Shown here one piece after another: positions 28,701 through 43,559 of a stretch of 64,000 bases of DNA. A program made the position numbers and the translations under genes. How positions within the stretch are numbered: the stretch's first letter is position 1; each line of letters begins with the position of its first letter. A model generated the notes under the pieces. The model was not told where the DNA came from. It was given only the letters and a program-made list of their open reading frames with translations, and made no database searches. Source of the DNA: Azolla caroliniana (lineage: Eukaryota > Plantae > Polypodiophyta); NCBI GenBank assembly GCA_043228905.1, contig JBHGNT010000008.1:372001-436000 (forward strand), in the 5' to 3' direction.

Positions 28701-31700
28701 TAATTTCGTCATGTCTCTCGAACTGAGTTTCAAAATCTTGATTTTTCAATTCCATATCATAGCTAACGTTGTTAGCTTCAATTCACAGGTTTGAACACTA
28801 AAATCCGATGTCAAGCGGGCCAGGTATGAACATTTTAATTTACTCTCGGCTCTTCTGAACTCCCTGATCAAATTTGGTAATTTCTTCATGTCTCTCGACC
28901 TGAGTTTTGAAATCTTGATTTCTTAATTCCATATCATAGGTAGCGTTTTTAGCTTCGATTCCCATGTTTGAACACTAACATCCGATGTCACACACGCCAG
29001 GTATGACGATTATAATTTACTCACGCGCTCTTCTCAATTCCCTCCTCAAATCTAGTAATTTCTTCATGTCTCTCGAGCTGAGTTTTAAAATCTTGATTTT
29101 TTAATTCCATATAATAGCTAACGTTGTTAGCTTCGATTCGCATATTTGAACACTAAAATCCGATGTCACACGAGCCAGGTATGACAATTTTAATTTACTC
29201 ACGGGCACTTCTCAATTCCCTCCTCAAATTTGGTAATTTCTTCATGTCTCTCGACCTAAGTTTTAAAATCTTGATTTTCTTATTCCATATCATAGCTAAC
29301 GTTGTTAGCTTTGATTCGCATGTTTGAACACTAACATCCGATGTCACACGGGCCAGGTATGAACATTTTAATTTACTCTCGGGCTCTTCTCAACTCCCTT
29401 ATCAAATTTGGTAATTTCTTCATGTCTCTGGACCTGAGTTTCAAAATCTTGATTTTTTAATTCCATATCATAGCTAGTCTTGTTAGCTTCGATTCGCATG
29501 TTTGAACACAAAAATCCGATGTCACACGGGCTAGGTATGAACATTTTAATTTACTCTAAGGCTCTTCTCAACTCCCTTCTTAAATTTGCTAATTTCGTCA
29601 TGTCTCTCGACCTGAGTTTCAAAATCTTGATTTTCTAAATCCATATCATAGCTAACGTTGTTAGCTTTGATTCGCATGTTTGAAGACAAAAATCCGATGT
29701 CACACGAGCCAGGTATGACAATTTTAATTTATTCACGCGCTCTTCTCAATTCCCTCCTCAAATTTGGTAATTTCATCATGTCTCTCGACCTGAGTTTTAA
29801 AATCCTTATTTTTTTATTCCATATCATAGCTAACGTTGTTAGCTTCGATTCGCGTTTTGGACACTAACATCCGATATCACACGAGCCAGGTATGACAATT
29901 TTAATTTACTCACGCGCTCTTCTCAATTCGCTCCTCAAATATGGTAATTTCGTCATGTCTCTCGACCTGAGTTTCAAAATCTTGATTTTCTAATTCTATA
30001 TCATAGCTAGTGTTGTTAGCTTCTATTCGCATGTTTGAACACAAAAATCCGATGTCACACAAGCCAGGTATGACAATTTTAATTTATTCACGCGCTTTTC
30101 TCAATTCTCTCCTCAAATTTGGTAATTTCTTCATGCCTTTGGACTTGAGTTTTTAATTCCATATCATAGCTAACGTTGTTAGCTTCAATTCGCATGTTTG
30201 AACACTAAAATCCGATGTCACACGGGCCACGTATGAACATTTTAATTTACTCTCGGGCTCTTCTCAACTCCCTCATCAAATTTGCTAATTTCGTCATGTC
30301 TCTCGACCTGAGATTCAAAATCTTCAATTTTTGAACACTAACATCCGATGTCACACACGCCAGGTATGACAATTATAATTTACTCACGCGCTCCTCTCAA
30401 TCCCCTCCTCAAATCTAGTAATTTCTTCATGTCTCTCGACTTGAGTTTTAAAATCTTGATTTTTTAATTCCATATCATAGCTAACGTTGTTAGCTTCGAT
30501 TCGAATATTTGAACACTAAAATCCGATGTCACACGAGCCAGGTATGACAATTTTAATTTACTCATGCGCTCTTCTCAATTCCCTCCTCAAATTTGGTAAT
30601 TTATTCATGTCTCTCGACCTGAGTGTTAAAATCTTGATTTTTTTATTCCATATCATAGCTAACGTTGTTAGCTTTGATTCGCATGTTTGAACACTAACAT
30701 CCGATGTCACACGGGCCAAGTATGAACATTTTAATTTACTCTCGGGCTCTTCTCAACTCCCTTATCAAATTTGGTAATTTCTTCATGTCTCTCGACCTGA
30801 GTTTCAAAATCTTGATTTTTCAATTCCATGTCATAGGTACCGTTGTTAGCTTCGATTCGCATGTTTGAACACAAAAATCCGATGTTACACGAACCAGGTT
30901 TCACAATTTTAATTTACTCACGCGCTCTTCTCAATTCCCTCCTCAAATTTGGTAATTTCATCATGTCTCTCGACCTGAGTTTTAAAATCGTGATTTCTTA
31001 ATTCCATATCATCGCTAGTGTTGTTCGTTTTGATTCGCATGTTTGAACAATAAAATCCGATATCACACGAGCCAGGTATGAACATTTTAATTAACTCACG
31101 GGCTCTTCTCAACTTCCTCCACAAATTCTCAATCTGCGTTTCAAAATCTTGATTTTTTAATTCCATATCATAGCTAGTGTTGTTAGCTTCGATTGCCATA
31201 TTTGAACGCAAAAATCCGATGTCACAGGAGCCAGGTATGACATTTTTAATTTACTCACGCGTTGTTCTCAATTCCCTCCTCAAATTTGGTAATTTCTTCA
31301 TGTCTCTCGACCTCAGTTTTAAAATCTTGATTTTTCAATTCCATATCATAGCTAACGTTGTTAGCTTCAATTCGCATGTTTGAACACTAACATCCGATGT
31401 CACATGAGCCAGGTATGAACATTTTAATTTACTCTCGGGCTCTTCTCAACTCCCTCCTCAAATTTGTTAATTTCGTCATGTCTCTCGACCTGAGTTTCAA
31501 AATCTTGATTTTCTAATTCCATATCATAGCTAGTGTTGTTAGCTTCTAATCGCATGTTTGAACACAAAAATCCGATGTCACACGAGCCAGGTATGACAAT
31601 TTTAATTTATTCACGCGCTTTTCTCAATTCTCTCATCAAATTTGGTAATGTCTTTTTGTCTTTGGACCTGAGTTTCAAAATCTTGAGTTTTAAATTCCAT

Positions 31701-34700
31701 ATCATAGCTAACGTTGTTAGCTTCGATTCGCATGTTTGAACACTAAAATCCGATGTCACACGGGCCACGTATGAACATTTTAATTTACTCTCGGGCTCTT
31801 CTCAACTCCCTCATCAAATTTGCTAATTTCGTCATGTCTCTCGACCTGAGATTCAAAATCATCAATTTTTAATTACATATCATAGCTAACATTGTTAGCT
31901 TCGATTCGCATGTTTGAACACTAAAATCCGATGTCACACGGGCCAGGTATGAACATTTTAGTTAACTCACGGGCTCTTCTCAACTCCCTCCTCAAATTTG
32001 GTAATTTCTTCATGTCTGTTGACCTGAGTTCTAAAATCTTGATTTTTCTAATTCCAGATCATAGCTAACGTTCTTAGCTTTGATTTGCATGTTTGAACAC
32101 TAAAATCCGATGTCACACGGGCTAGGTATGAACATTTTAATTTACTCTCGGGCTCTTCTCAACTCCCTCATCAAATTTGGTAATTTCTTCATGTCTCTCG
32201 ACCTGAGTTTTAAAATGTTGATTTTTTAATTCCATATCATAGCTAAGGTTGTTAGCTTCGATGCGCATGTTTGAACACTAAAATCCGATGTCACACGGGC
32301 TAGGTATGAATATTTTAATTTACTCTCGGGCTCTTCTCAACTCCCTTCTCAAATTTGCTAATTTCGTCATGTCTCTCGACCTGAGTTTCAAAATCTTGAT
32401 TTTTTAATTCCATATCATAGCTAAGGTTGTTAGCTTCGATGCGCATGTTTGAACACTAAAATCCGATGTCACACGGGCTAGGTATGAACATTTTAATTTA
32501 CTCTCGGGCTCTTACCAACTCCCTTCTCAAATTTACTAATTTCGTCATGTCTCTCGACCTGAGTTTCAAAATCTTCATTTTCTAATTCCATATCATAGCT
32601 AGTGTTGTTAGCTTCTATTCGCATGTTTGAACACAAAAATCCGATGTCACACGAGCCAGGTATGACAATTTTAATTTATTCACGCGCTCTTCTCAATTCC
32701 CTCCTCAAATTTGGTAATTTCATCATGTCTCTCGACCTGAGTTTTAAAATCCTTATTTTTTTATTCCATATCATAGCTAACGTTGTTAGCTTCGATTCGC
32801 TTTTTGGACACTAACATCCGATATGACACGAGCCAGGTATGACAATTTTAATTTACTCACGCGCTCTTCTCAATTCGCTCCTCAAATTTGGTAATTACAA
32901 TTTTAATTTACTCACGACCTCTTCTCAAGTCTCTGCTCAAATTTGGTAATTTCTTCATGTCTGTCGACCTGAGTTACAAAATCTTGATTTTTGAATTCAA
33001 TATCGTAGGTAGCGTTGTTAGCTTCGATTCGCATGTTTGAACACTAAAATCCGATATCACACGAGCCAGGTATGAACATTTTAATTAACTCACGGGCTTT
33101 TCTCAACTCCCTCATCAAACTTGGTAATTTCGTCATGTCTCTCGACCTGAGTTTCAAAATCTTGATTTTTCTAATTCTAGATCATAGCTAACATTGTTAG
33201 CTTTGATTTGCATGTTTGAACACTAAAATCCGATGTCACACGGGCCAAGTATGAACATTTTAATTTACTCTCGGGCTCATCTCAACTCCCTCATCAAATT
33301 TGGTAATTTCTTCATGTCTCTCGACCTGAGTTGCAAAATCTTGATTTTTTAATTCCAGATCATAGGTAGCGTTGTTAGCTTCGATTCGCATGTTTGAACA
33401 CTAACATCCGATATCACACGAGCCAGGTATGTACATTTTAATTAACTCACGGGCTCTTCTCAACTCCCTCCTCAAATTTGCTAATTTCGTCATGTCTCTT
33501 GACCTGAGTTTCAAAATCTTGATTTTTTAATTCCATATCATAGCTAGTGTTGTTAGCTTCTATTCGCATGTTTGAACACTAAAATCCGATGTCACACGAG
33601 CCATGTATGACAATTTTAATTTACTCACGGGCTCTTCAGAATTCCCTCCTAGAATTTGCTTATTTCGTCATGTCTCTCTACCTGAGTTTTAAAAGCTTGA
33701 TTTTTTAATTCCATATCATAGCTAACGTTTTTAGCTTCGATTCGCATGTTTAAACACTAAAATCCGATGTCACACGGGCCAGGTATGAACATATTAATTT
33801 ACTCTCGGGCTATTCTCAACTCCCTCCTCAAATTTGGTAATTTCTTCATGTCTCTCGACCTGAGTTTCAAAATCTTGATTGTTTAATTCCATATCATCGC
33901 TAGTGTTGTTAGTTTGATCCACATGTTTGAACACAAAAATCCGATATCACACGACCAGGTATGAACATTTTAATTTACTCACGCGCTCTTCTGAACTCCC
34001 TCCTTAAATTTGGTATTTTCTTCATGTCTCTCGACCTGAGTTTTAAAATCTTGATTTTTTAATTCAATATCATAGGTAGCGTTGTTAGCTTTGATTCGCA
34101 TGTTTGAACACTAAAATCCGATATCACATGAGCCAGGTATGAACATTTTAATTAACTCACGGGCTCTTCTCAACTCCCTCCTTAAATTTGGTAATTTCTT
34201 CATGTCTGTTGACCTGAGTTTTAAAATCTTGATTTTTTAATTCAACATCATAGGTAGCGTTGTTAGCTTCGATTCACATATTTGAAGACAAAAATACGGG
34301 ATCATACGAGCTAGGTATGACAATTTAAATTTACTCACGAGTTCTTCTTAACTCCCTGCTCAAAGTTGTTAATTTCTTCATGTCTGTCGACCTGAGTTTC
34401 AAAATCTTAATTTTTTAATTCCATATCATACGTAGTGTTGTTAGCTTCGATTCGCATGTTTGAACACTAACATCCAATATCACACGAGCCAGGTCTGAAC
34501 ATTTGAATCAACTCACAGGCTCTACTCAACTCCCTCCTATAATTTGCTAATTTCGTCATGTCTCTCGACCTGAGATTCAAAATCTTGAGTTTTTAATTGC
34601 ATATATAGCTAACATTGTTAGCTTCGATTTGCATGTTTGAACACTAAAATCCGATGTCACACGGGCCAGGTATGAACATTTTAATTTACTCTCGGGCTCA

Positions 34701-37700
34701 TCTCAACTCCCTCATCAAATTTGGTAATTTCTTCATGTCTCTCGACCTGAGTTTCAAAATCTTGATTTTTTAATTCCATATCATAGGTAGCGTTGTTAGC
34801 TTCGATTCGCATGTTTGAACACTAACATCCGCTATCACACGAGCCAGGTATGAACATTTTAATTAACTCACGGGCTCTTCTCAACTCCCTCCTCAAATTT
34901 GCTAATTTCGTCATGTCTCTTGACCTGAGATTCAAAATCTTGATTTTTTAATTGCATATCATAGCTAGTGTTGTTAGCTTCGATTCGCATGTTTGAACAC
35001 AAAAATCCGATGTCACACGAGCCAGGTATGATAATTTTAATTTACTCACGCGCTCTTCTCAATTCCCTCCTCAAATTTGGTAATTTCTTCATGTCTTTGG
35101 ACCTGAGTTTCAAAATTAGAGTTTTTAATTCCATATCATAGCTAACGTTGTTAGCTTCGATTCGCATGTTTGAATACTAAAATCCGATGTCACACTGGTT
35201 AGGTATGAACATATTAATTAACTCACGGGCTCTTCTCAACCTCCTCCTCAAATTTGCTAATTTCGTCATGTCTCTCGACCTAAGTTTCAAAATCTTGATT
35301 TTTTAATTCCATATCATAGCTAACATTGTTAGCTTCGATTCACATGTTTGAACACTAAAATGCGATGTCACACGGGCCAGGTATGAACATTTTAATTTAC
35401 TCTCGGGCTCTTCTCAATTCCCTCATCAAATTTGGTAATTTCTTCATGTCTCTCGACCTGAGTTTCAAAATCTTGATTTTTTAATTCCATATCATAGGTA
35501 GCGTTGTTAGCTTCAATTCGCGTGTTTGAACACTAACATCCAATATCACACGAGCCAGGTATGAACATTTTAATGAACTCACCGGCTCTACTCAACTCCC
35601 TCCTCAAATTTGCTAATTTCGTCATGTCTCTCGACCTGAGATTCAAAATCTTGAGTTTTTAGTTACATATCATAGCTAACATTGTTAGCTTCGATTCGCA
35701 TGTTTGAACACTAAAATCCGATGTCACACGGGCCAGGTATGAACATTTTAATTTACTCTCGGGCTCTTCTCAATTCCCTCATCAAATTTGGTAATTTCTT
35801 CATGTCTCTCGACCTGAGTTTCAAAATCTTGATTTTTTAATTCCATATCATAGGTAGCGTTGTTAGCTTCGATTTGCGTGTTTGAACACTAACATCCAAT
35901 ATCACACGAGCCAGGTATGAACATTTTAATTAACTCACGGGCTCTTCTCAACTCCCTCCTCAAATTTGCTAATTTCGTCATGTCTCTCGACCTGAGTTTC
36001 AAATTCTTGATTTTTTAATTCCATATCATAGCTAGTGTTGTTAGCTTCGATTCGCATGTTTGAACACAAAAATCCGATGTCACACGAGCCAGGTATGAAC
36101 ATTTTAATTTACTCAAGCGCTCTTCTGAATTCCCTCCTCAAATTTGGTAATTTCTTCATGTCTTTTGGACCTGAGTTTCAAAGTCTAGATTTTTTAATTC
36201 CATATCATAGGTAGCATTGTAAGCTTCGATTCGCATGTTTGAACACTAACCTCCGATATCACACTAGCCAGGTATGAACATTTTAATTAACTCACGGGCT
36301 CTTCTCAACTCCCTCCTCAAATTTGCTAATTTCGTCATGTCTCTCGACCTGAGTTTCAAAATCTATGAACATGAGCCATCTATGAACATTTTCATTCATT
36401 GAGGAGCTCTTGTCTACGCCTTCCTCAAATTTGCTTTTTCCTTAATGTCTCTCGACTTGAGGTTCAAAATCTTGATTTTTCAATTCCATATCATAGCTAG
36501 ATTCGTTAACTTTGATTTTCATGTATAAATACGAAAATCCAATATCACACGAGCCACCAATGAACATTTTCATTCATTGAGGATGTCTTCTCTACGCCTT
36601 CTTCAAATTTGCTTTTTCATTCATGTCTCTCGATTTGAGGTTCAAAATCATGATTTTTTAACTCCATATCATAACTAGATTCATTACCTTCGATTGGCAA
36701 GTTTAAACACCAAAATCCGATATCACACGAGATCTTGTCTATGCCTTCCTCAAAATTTCTTTTTTCTTCTTTTCTCTTGACCTGAGTTTCAAAATCTTGA
36801 TTTTTCAATTCTATATTATAGCTAGATTCCTTACCTTCGATTCGCAAGTTTAACCACCAAAATCCGATATAACACGAGCCATTTATGAACATTTTCATTC
36901 ATTGAGGAGCTCTTGTCCTTGCCTTCCTCAAAATTGTTTTTTTCTTCCTTTCTCTCGACCTGAGTTTCAAAATCTTGATTTTTAAATTCCATATCATAGC
37001 TAGATTCCTTACCTTCGATTCGCAAGTTTAACCACCAAAATCCGATATCACACGAGCTACCTATGAACATTGTCATTCATTGAGGAGCTCTTGTCTATGC
37101 CTTCCTCAAAATTGCTTTTTTCTTCTTTTCTCTCGACCTGAGTGTCAAAATCTTGATTTTTCAATTCTATATTATAGACTACATCGTTAGCTTCGATTGG
37201 CAAGTTTAAACACCAAAATCCGATATCACATGAGCCATCTATGAACATTTTCATTCCTTGAGGACGTCTTGTCTACGCCTTGCTCAAATTTGCATTTTCC
37301 TTCATGTCTCTCGACTTGAGGTTCAAAATCTTGATTTTTCAATTCCATATCATAGCTAGATTCGTAAAGTTTGATTTGCATGTAGAAATACGAAAATCCA
37401 ATATCACACGAGCCATCGATGAACATTTTCATTCATTGAGGATGTGTTCTCTACGCCTTCCTCAAATTTGCTTTTTCCTTCATGTCTCTCGATTTGAGGT
37501 TCAAAATGATGATTTTTTAACTCCATATCATAACTAGATTCATTACCTTCGATTGGCAAGTTTAAACACCAAAATCCGATATCACACGAGATCTTGTCTA
37601 TGCCTTCCTCAAAATTTCTTTTTTCTTCTTTTCTCTCGACCTGAGTTTCAAAATCTTGATTTTTCAATTCTATATTATAGACTACATCGTTAGCTTCGAT

Positions 37701-40700
37701 TGGCAAGTTTAAACACCAAAATCCGATATCACATGAGCCATCTATGAACATTTTCATTCCTTGAGGACGTCTTGTCTACGCCTTGCTCAAATTTGCATTT
37801 TCCTTCATGTCTCTCGACTTGAGGTTCAAAATCTTGATTTTTTAATTCCATATCATCGCTAGATTCGTTAAGTTTGATTCGCATGTAGAAATACGAAAAT
37901 CCAAAATCACACGAGCCACCGATGAACATTTTCATTCATTGAGGATGTCTTCTCTACGCCTTCCTCAAATTTACTTTTTCCTTCATGTCTCTCGATTTGA
38001 GGTTCAAAATCATGATTTTTTAACTCCATATCATAACTAGATTCATTACCTTCGATTGGCAAGTTTAAACACCAAAATCCGATATCACACGAGCTCTTGT
38101 CTATGCCTTCCTCAAAATTTCTTTTTTCTTCTCTTCTCTCGACCTGAGTTTCAAAATCTTGATTTTTCAATTCTATATTATAGACTACATCGTTAGCTTC
38201 GATTGGCAAGTTTAAACACCAAAATCCGATATCACATGAGCCATCTATGAACATTTTCATTCCTTGAGGAGGTCTTGTCTACGCCTTGCTCAAATTTGCA
38301 TTTTCCTTCATGTCTCTCGACTTGAGGTTCAAAATCTTGATTTTTAAATTCCATATCATAGCTAGATTCGTTATCTTCGATTCGCATGTTTAACCACCAA
38401 AATCCGATATCACACGAGCTACCTATGAACATTGTCATTCATTGAGGAGCTCTTGTCTATGCCTTCCTCAAAATTTCTTTTCTCTTCTTTTCTCTCCACC
38501 TAAGTTTCAAAATCTTGATTTTTCAATTCTATATTATAGCTAGATTCCTTACCTTCGATTCGCAAGTTTAAACACCAAAATCCGATATCACACGAGCCAT
38601 CTCTGACCATTTTCATTCATTGAGGAGCTCTTGTCAATGCCTACCTCAAAATTCCTTTTTTCTTCTTTTCTCTCGATCTGAGTTTCAAAATCTTGATTTT
38701 TCAATTCTATATTATAGACTACTTCGTTACCTTCGATTCGCAAGTTTAAACACCAAAATCCGATATCACACGAGCCATCTCTGACCATTTTCATTCATTG
38801 AGGAGCTCTTGTCTATGCCTTCCTCAAAATTCCTTTTTTCTTCTTTTCTGTCGACCTGAGTTTCAAAATCTTGATTTTTCAATTCTATATTATAGACTAC
38901 TTCGTTATCTTCGACTCGCAAATTTAAACACCAAAATCCGATATCACACGAGCCATTTATGAACAGTTTCATTCATTGAGGAGCTCTTGTCTATGCCTTC
39001 CTCAAATTTGCTTTTTTCTTCTTTTCTCTCGACCTGAGTTTCAAAATCTTGATTTTTAAATTCCATATCATAGTTAGGTTCCTTACCTTCGATTCGCATG
39101 TTTAACCACCAAAATCCGATATCACACGAGCTACCTATGAACATTTTCATTCCTTGAGGATGTCTTATCTACGCCTGGCTCAAATTTGCATTTTCCTTCA
39201 TGTCTCTGGACTTGAGGTTCAAAATCTTGATTTTTGAATTCCATATCATTGCTAGATTCCTTAACTTTGATTGTCAAGTTTAAACACCAAAATCCGATAT
39301 CACACGAGCCATCTATGAACATTTTCATTCATTGAGGAGGTCTTGTGTACGCCTTCCTCAAATTTTCTTTTTCCTTCATGTCTCTCGACTTGAGGTTCAA
39401 ACTCTTGATTTTTAAATTCCATATCATAGCTAGATTCGTTACCTTCGATGCACATGTTTAAATACGAAAATCCGATATCACTCGAGCCATTTATGAACAT
39501 TTTCATTCATTGAGGAGCTATTGTCTATGCCTTCCTAAAAATTTCTTTTTTCTTCTTTTCTCTCGACCTGAGTTTAAAATGTTGATTTTTCAATTCCATA
39601 TCATAGCTAGATTCATTACCTTCAATTCCCATGTAGAAACACCAAAATCCGATATCACACGAGCCATTTATGAACATTTCCATTCATTGAGGAGCTCTTG
39701 TCTATGCCTTTCTCTACATTCCTTTTTCCTTCATGTCTGTCGACTTGAATTTCAAAATCTTGATTTTTAAATTCCATATCATAGCTAGATTCCTTACCTT
39801 CGATTCGCAAGTTTAAACACCAAAATCCGATATCACACGAGCCATCTCTAACCATTTTCATTCATTGAGGAGCTCTTGTCTATGCCTTCCTCAAAATTCC
39901 TTTTTTCTTCTTTTCTCTCGACCTGAGTTTCAAAATCTTGATTTTTCAATTTTATATTATAGACTACTTCGTTACCTTCGATTCGCAAGTTTAAACACCA
40001 AAATCCGATATCACACGAGCCATTTATGAACAGTTTCATTCATTGAGGAGCTCTTGTCTATGCCTTCCTCAAAATTGCTTTTTTCTTCTTTTCTCTCGAC
40101 CTGAGTTTCAAAATCTTGATTTTTAAATTCCATATCATAGCTAGATTCCTTACCTTCGATTCGCATGTTTAACCACCAAAATCCGATATCACACGAGCTA
40201 CCTATGAACATTTTTATTCGTTGAGGACGTCTTCTCTACGCCTTGCTCAAATTTGCATTTTCCTTCATGTCTCTCAACTTGAGGTTCAAAATCTTGATTT
40301 TTCAATTCCATATCATAGCTAGAGTCCTTACCTTCGATTGGCAAGTTTCAACACCAAAATTCGATATCACACGAGCCATCTATGAACATTTTCATTCATT
40401 GAGGAGGTCTTGTGTACGCCTTCCTCAAATTTTCTTTTTCCTTCATGTCTCTCGACTTGACGTTCAAACTCTTGATTTTTCAATTCCATATCATAGCTAG
40501 ATTCGTTACCTTCGACTCACATGTTTAAATACCAAAATCCGATATCACACGAGCCATTTATGAACAGTTTCATTCATTGAGGAGCTCTTGTCTATGCCTT
40601 CCTCAAAATTGCTTTTTTCTTCTTTTCTCTTGACCTGAGTTTCAAAATCTTGATTTTTTAATTCCATATCATAGCTAGATTCGTTACCTTCGATTCGTTG

Positions 40701-42780
40701 TCTATGCCTTTCTCAAAATTACTTTTTTCTTCTTTTCTCTCGACCTGAGTTTCAAAATCTTGATTTTTAAATTCTTTATTAAAGACTACTTCGTTACCTT
40801 CAATTCACAAATTTAAACACCAAAATCCGATATCACACGAGCCATCTCTGTCCATTTTCATTCATTGAGGAGGTCTTGTCTATGCCTTCCTCAAAATTGC
40901 GTTTTTGTTCTTTTCTGTCGACCTGAGTTTCAAAATCCTTATTTTTCAATTCTATATTATAGACTACATCGTTACCTTCGATTGGCAAGTTTAAACACCA
41001 AAATCCGATATCACACGAGCCATCTATGAACATTTTCATTCCTTAAGAACGTCTTGTCTACGCCTTGCTCAAATTTGCATTTTCCTTCATGTCTCTCGAC
41101 TTGAGGTTCAAAATCTTGATTTTTCAATTCCATATCATAGCTAGATTCCTTACCTTCGATTGGCAAGTTTAAACACCAAAATCCGATATCGCACGAGCCA
41201 TCTGTGTACGCCTTCCTCAAATTTTCTTTTTCCTTCATGTCTCTCGACTTGAGGTTCAAACTCTTGATTTTTCAATTCCATATCATAGCTAGATTCGTTA
41301 CCTTCGATTCGCATGTTTGAACACGAAAATCCGATATCACACGAGCCAGGTCTGAACATTTTAATCAACTCACAGGCTCTACTCAACTCCCTCCTATAAT
41401 TTGCTAATTTCGTCATGTCTCTCGACCTGAGATTCAAAATCTTGAGTTTTTAATTGCATATCATAGCTAACATTGTTCGCTTCGATTCGCATGTTTGAAC
41501 ACTAAAATCCGATGTCACACGGGCTAGGTATGAACATTTTAATTTACTCTCGGGCTCTTCTCAACTCCCTCATCAAATTTGGTAATTTCTTCATGTCTCT
41601 CGACCTGAGTTTCAAAATCTTGATTTTTTAATTCCATATCATAGGTAGCGTTGGTAATTTCATCATGTCTCTCGACATGAGTTTTAAAATCCTTATTTTT
41701 TTATTCCATATCATAGCTAACGTTGTTAGCTTCGATTCGCTTTTTGGACATTAACATCCGATATCACACGAGCCAGGTATGACAATTTTAATTTACTCAC
41801 GCGCTCTTCTCAATTCGCTCCTCAAATTTGGTAATTACAATTTTAATTTACTCACGACCTCTTCTCAAGTCTCTGCTCAAATTTGGTAATTTCTTCATGT
41901 CTGTCGACCTGAGTTACAAAATCTTGATTTTTGAATTCAATATCGTAGGTAGCGTTGTTAGCTTCGATTCGCATGTTTGAACACTAAAATCCGATATCAC
42001 ACGAGCCAGGTATGAACATTTTAATTAACTCACGAGCTCTTCTCAAATCCCTCATCAAATTTGGTAATTTCGTCATGTCTCTCGACCTGAGTTTCAAAAT
42101 CTTGATTTTTCTAATTCTAGATCATAGCTAACATTGTTAGCTTTGATTTGCATGTTTGAACACTAAAATCCGATGTCACACGGGCCAGGTATGAACATTT
42201 TAATTTACTCTCGGGCTCATCTCAACTCCCTCATCAAATTTGGTAATTTCTTCATGTGTCTCGACCTGAGTTGCAAAATCTTGATTTTTTAATTCCATAT
42301 CATAGGTAGCGTTGTTAGCTTCGATTCGCGTGTTTGAACACTAACATCCAATATCACACGAGCCAGGTATGAACATTTTAATGAACTCACCGGCTCTACT
42401 CAACTCCCTCCTCAAATTTGCTAATTTCGTCATGTCTCTCGACCTGAGATTCAAAATCTTGAGTTTTTAATTACATATCATAGCTAACATTGTTAGCTTC
42501 GATTCGCATGTTTGAACACTAAAATCCGATGTCACACGGGCCAGGTATGAACATTTTAATTTACTCTCGGGCTCATCTCAACTCCCTCATCAAATTTGGT
42601 AATTTCTTCATGTGTCTCGACCTGAGTTGCAAAATCTTGATTTTTTAATTCCATATCATAGGTAGCGTTGTTAGCTTCGATTCGCATGTTTGAACACTGA
42701 CATCCGATATCACACGAGCCAGGTATGAACATTTTAATTAACTCACGGGCTCTTCTCAACTCCCTCCTCAAATTTGCTAA
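25800..42780. repeat. Second copy of the large A-B-C-B block (copy 1 ~6500-23469; period ~19 kb)
   Basis: Collinear offsets 19274, 19294, 19279, 19457, 18954 (e.g. ORFs 10364/29658, 13145/32602, 22196/41150), with only scattered substitutions. Confidence 0.93.
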
Positions 42781-43559
42781 TTTCGTCATGTCTCTTGACC
42801 TGAGTTTCAAAATCTTGATTTTTTAATTGCATATCATAGCTAGTGTTGTTAGCTTCTATTCGCATGTTTGAACACAAAAATCCGATGTCACACGAGCCAG
42901 GTATGACAATTTTAATTTACTCACGCGCTCTTCTCAATTCCCTCCTCAAATTTGGTAATTTCTTCATGTCTTTGGACCTGAGTTTCAAAATCAGAGTTTT
43001 TAATTCCATATCATAGCTAACGTTGTTAGCTTCAATTCGCATGTTTGAACACTAAAATCCGATGTCACACTGGTTAGGTATGAACATATTAATTAACTCA
43101 CGGGCTCTTCTCAACCTCCACCTCAAATTTGCTAATTTCGTCACGTCTCTCGACCTAAGTTTCAAAATCTTGATTTTTTAATTCCATATCATAGCTAGTG
43201 TTGTTAGCTTCGATTTGCATCTTTGAAGACAAAAATACAGGATCACACGAGCTAAGTATGACAATTTTAATTTACTCACGAGCTCTTCTCAACTCCCTGC
43301 TCAAATTTGTTAATTTCTTCATGTCTGTCGACCTGAGTTTTAAAATCTTGATTTTTTAATTCAATATCATAGGTAGCGTTGTTAGCTTCGATTCGCATGT
43401 TTGAACACTAAAATCCAATATCACACGAGCTAGGTATGAACATTTTAATGAACTCACCGGCTCTACTCAACTCCCTCCTCAAATTTGCTAATTTCGTCAT
43501 GTCTCTCGACCTGAGATTCAAAATCTTGAGTTTTTAATTACATATCATAGCTAACATTG

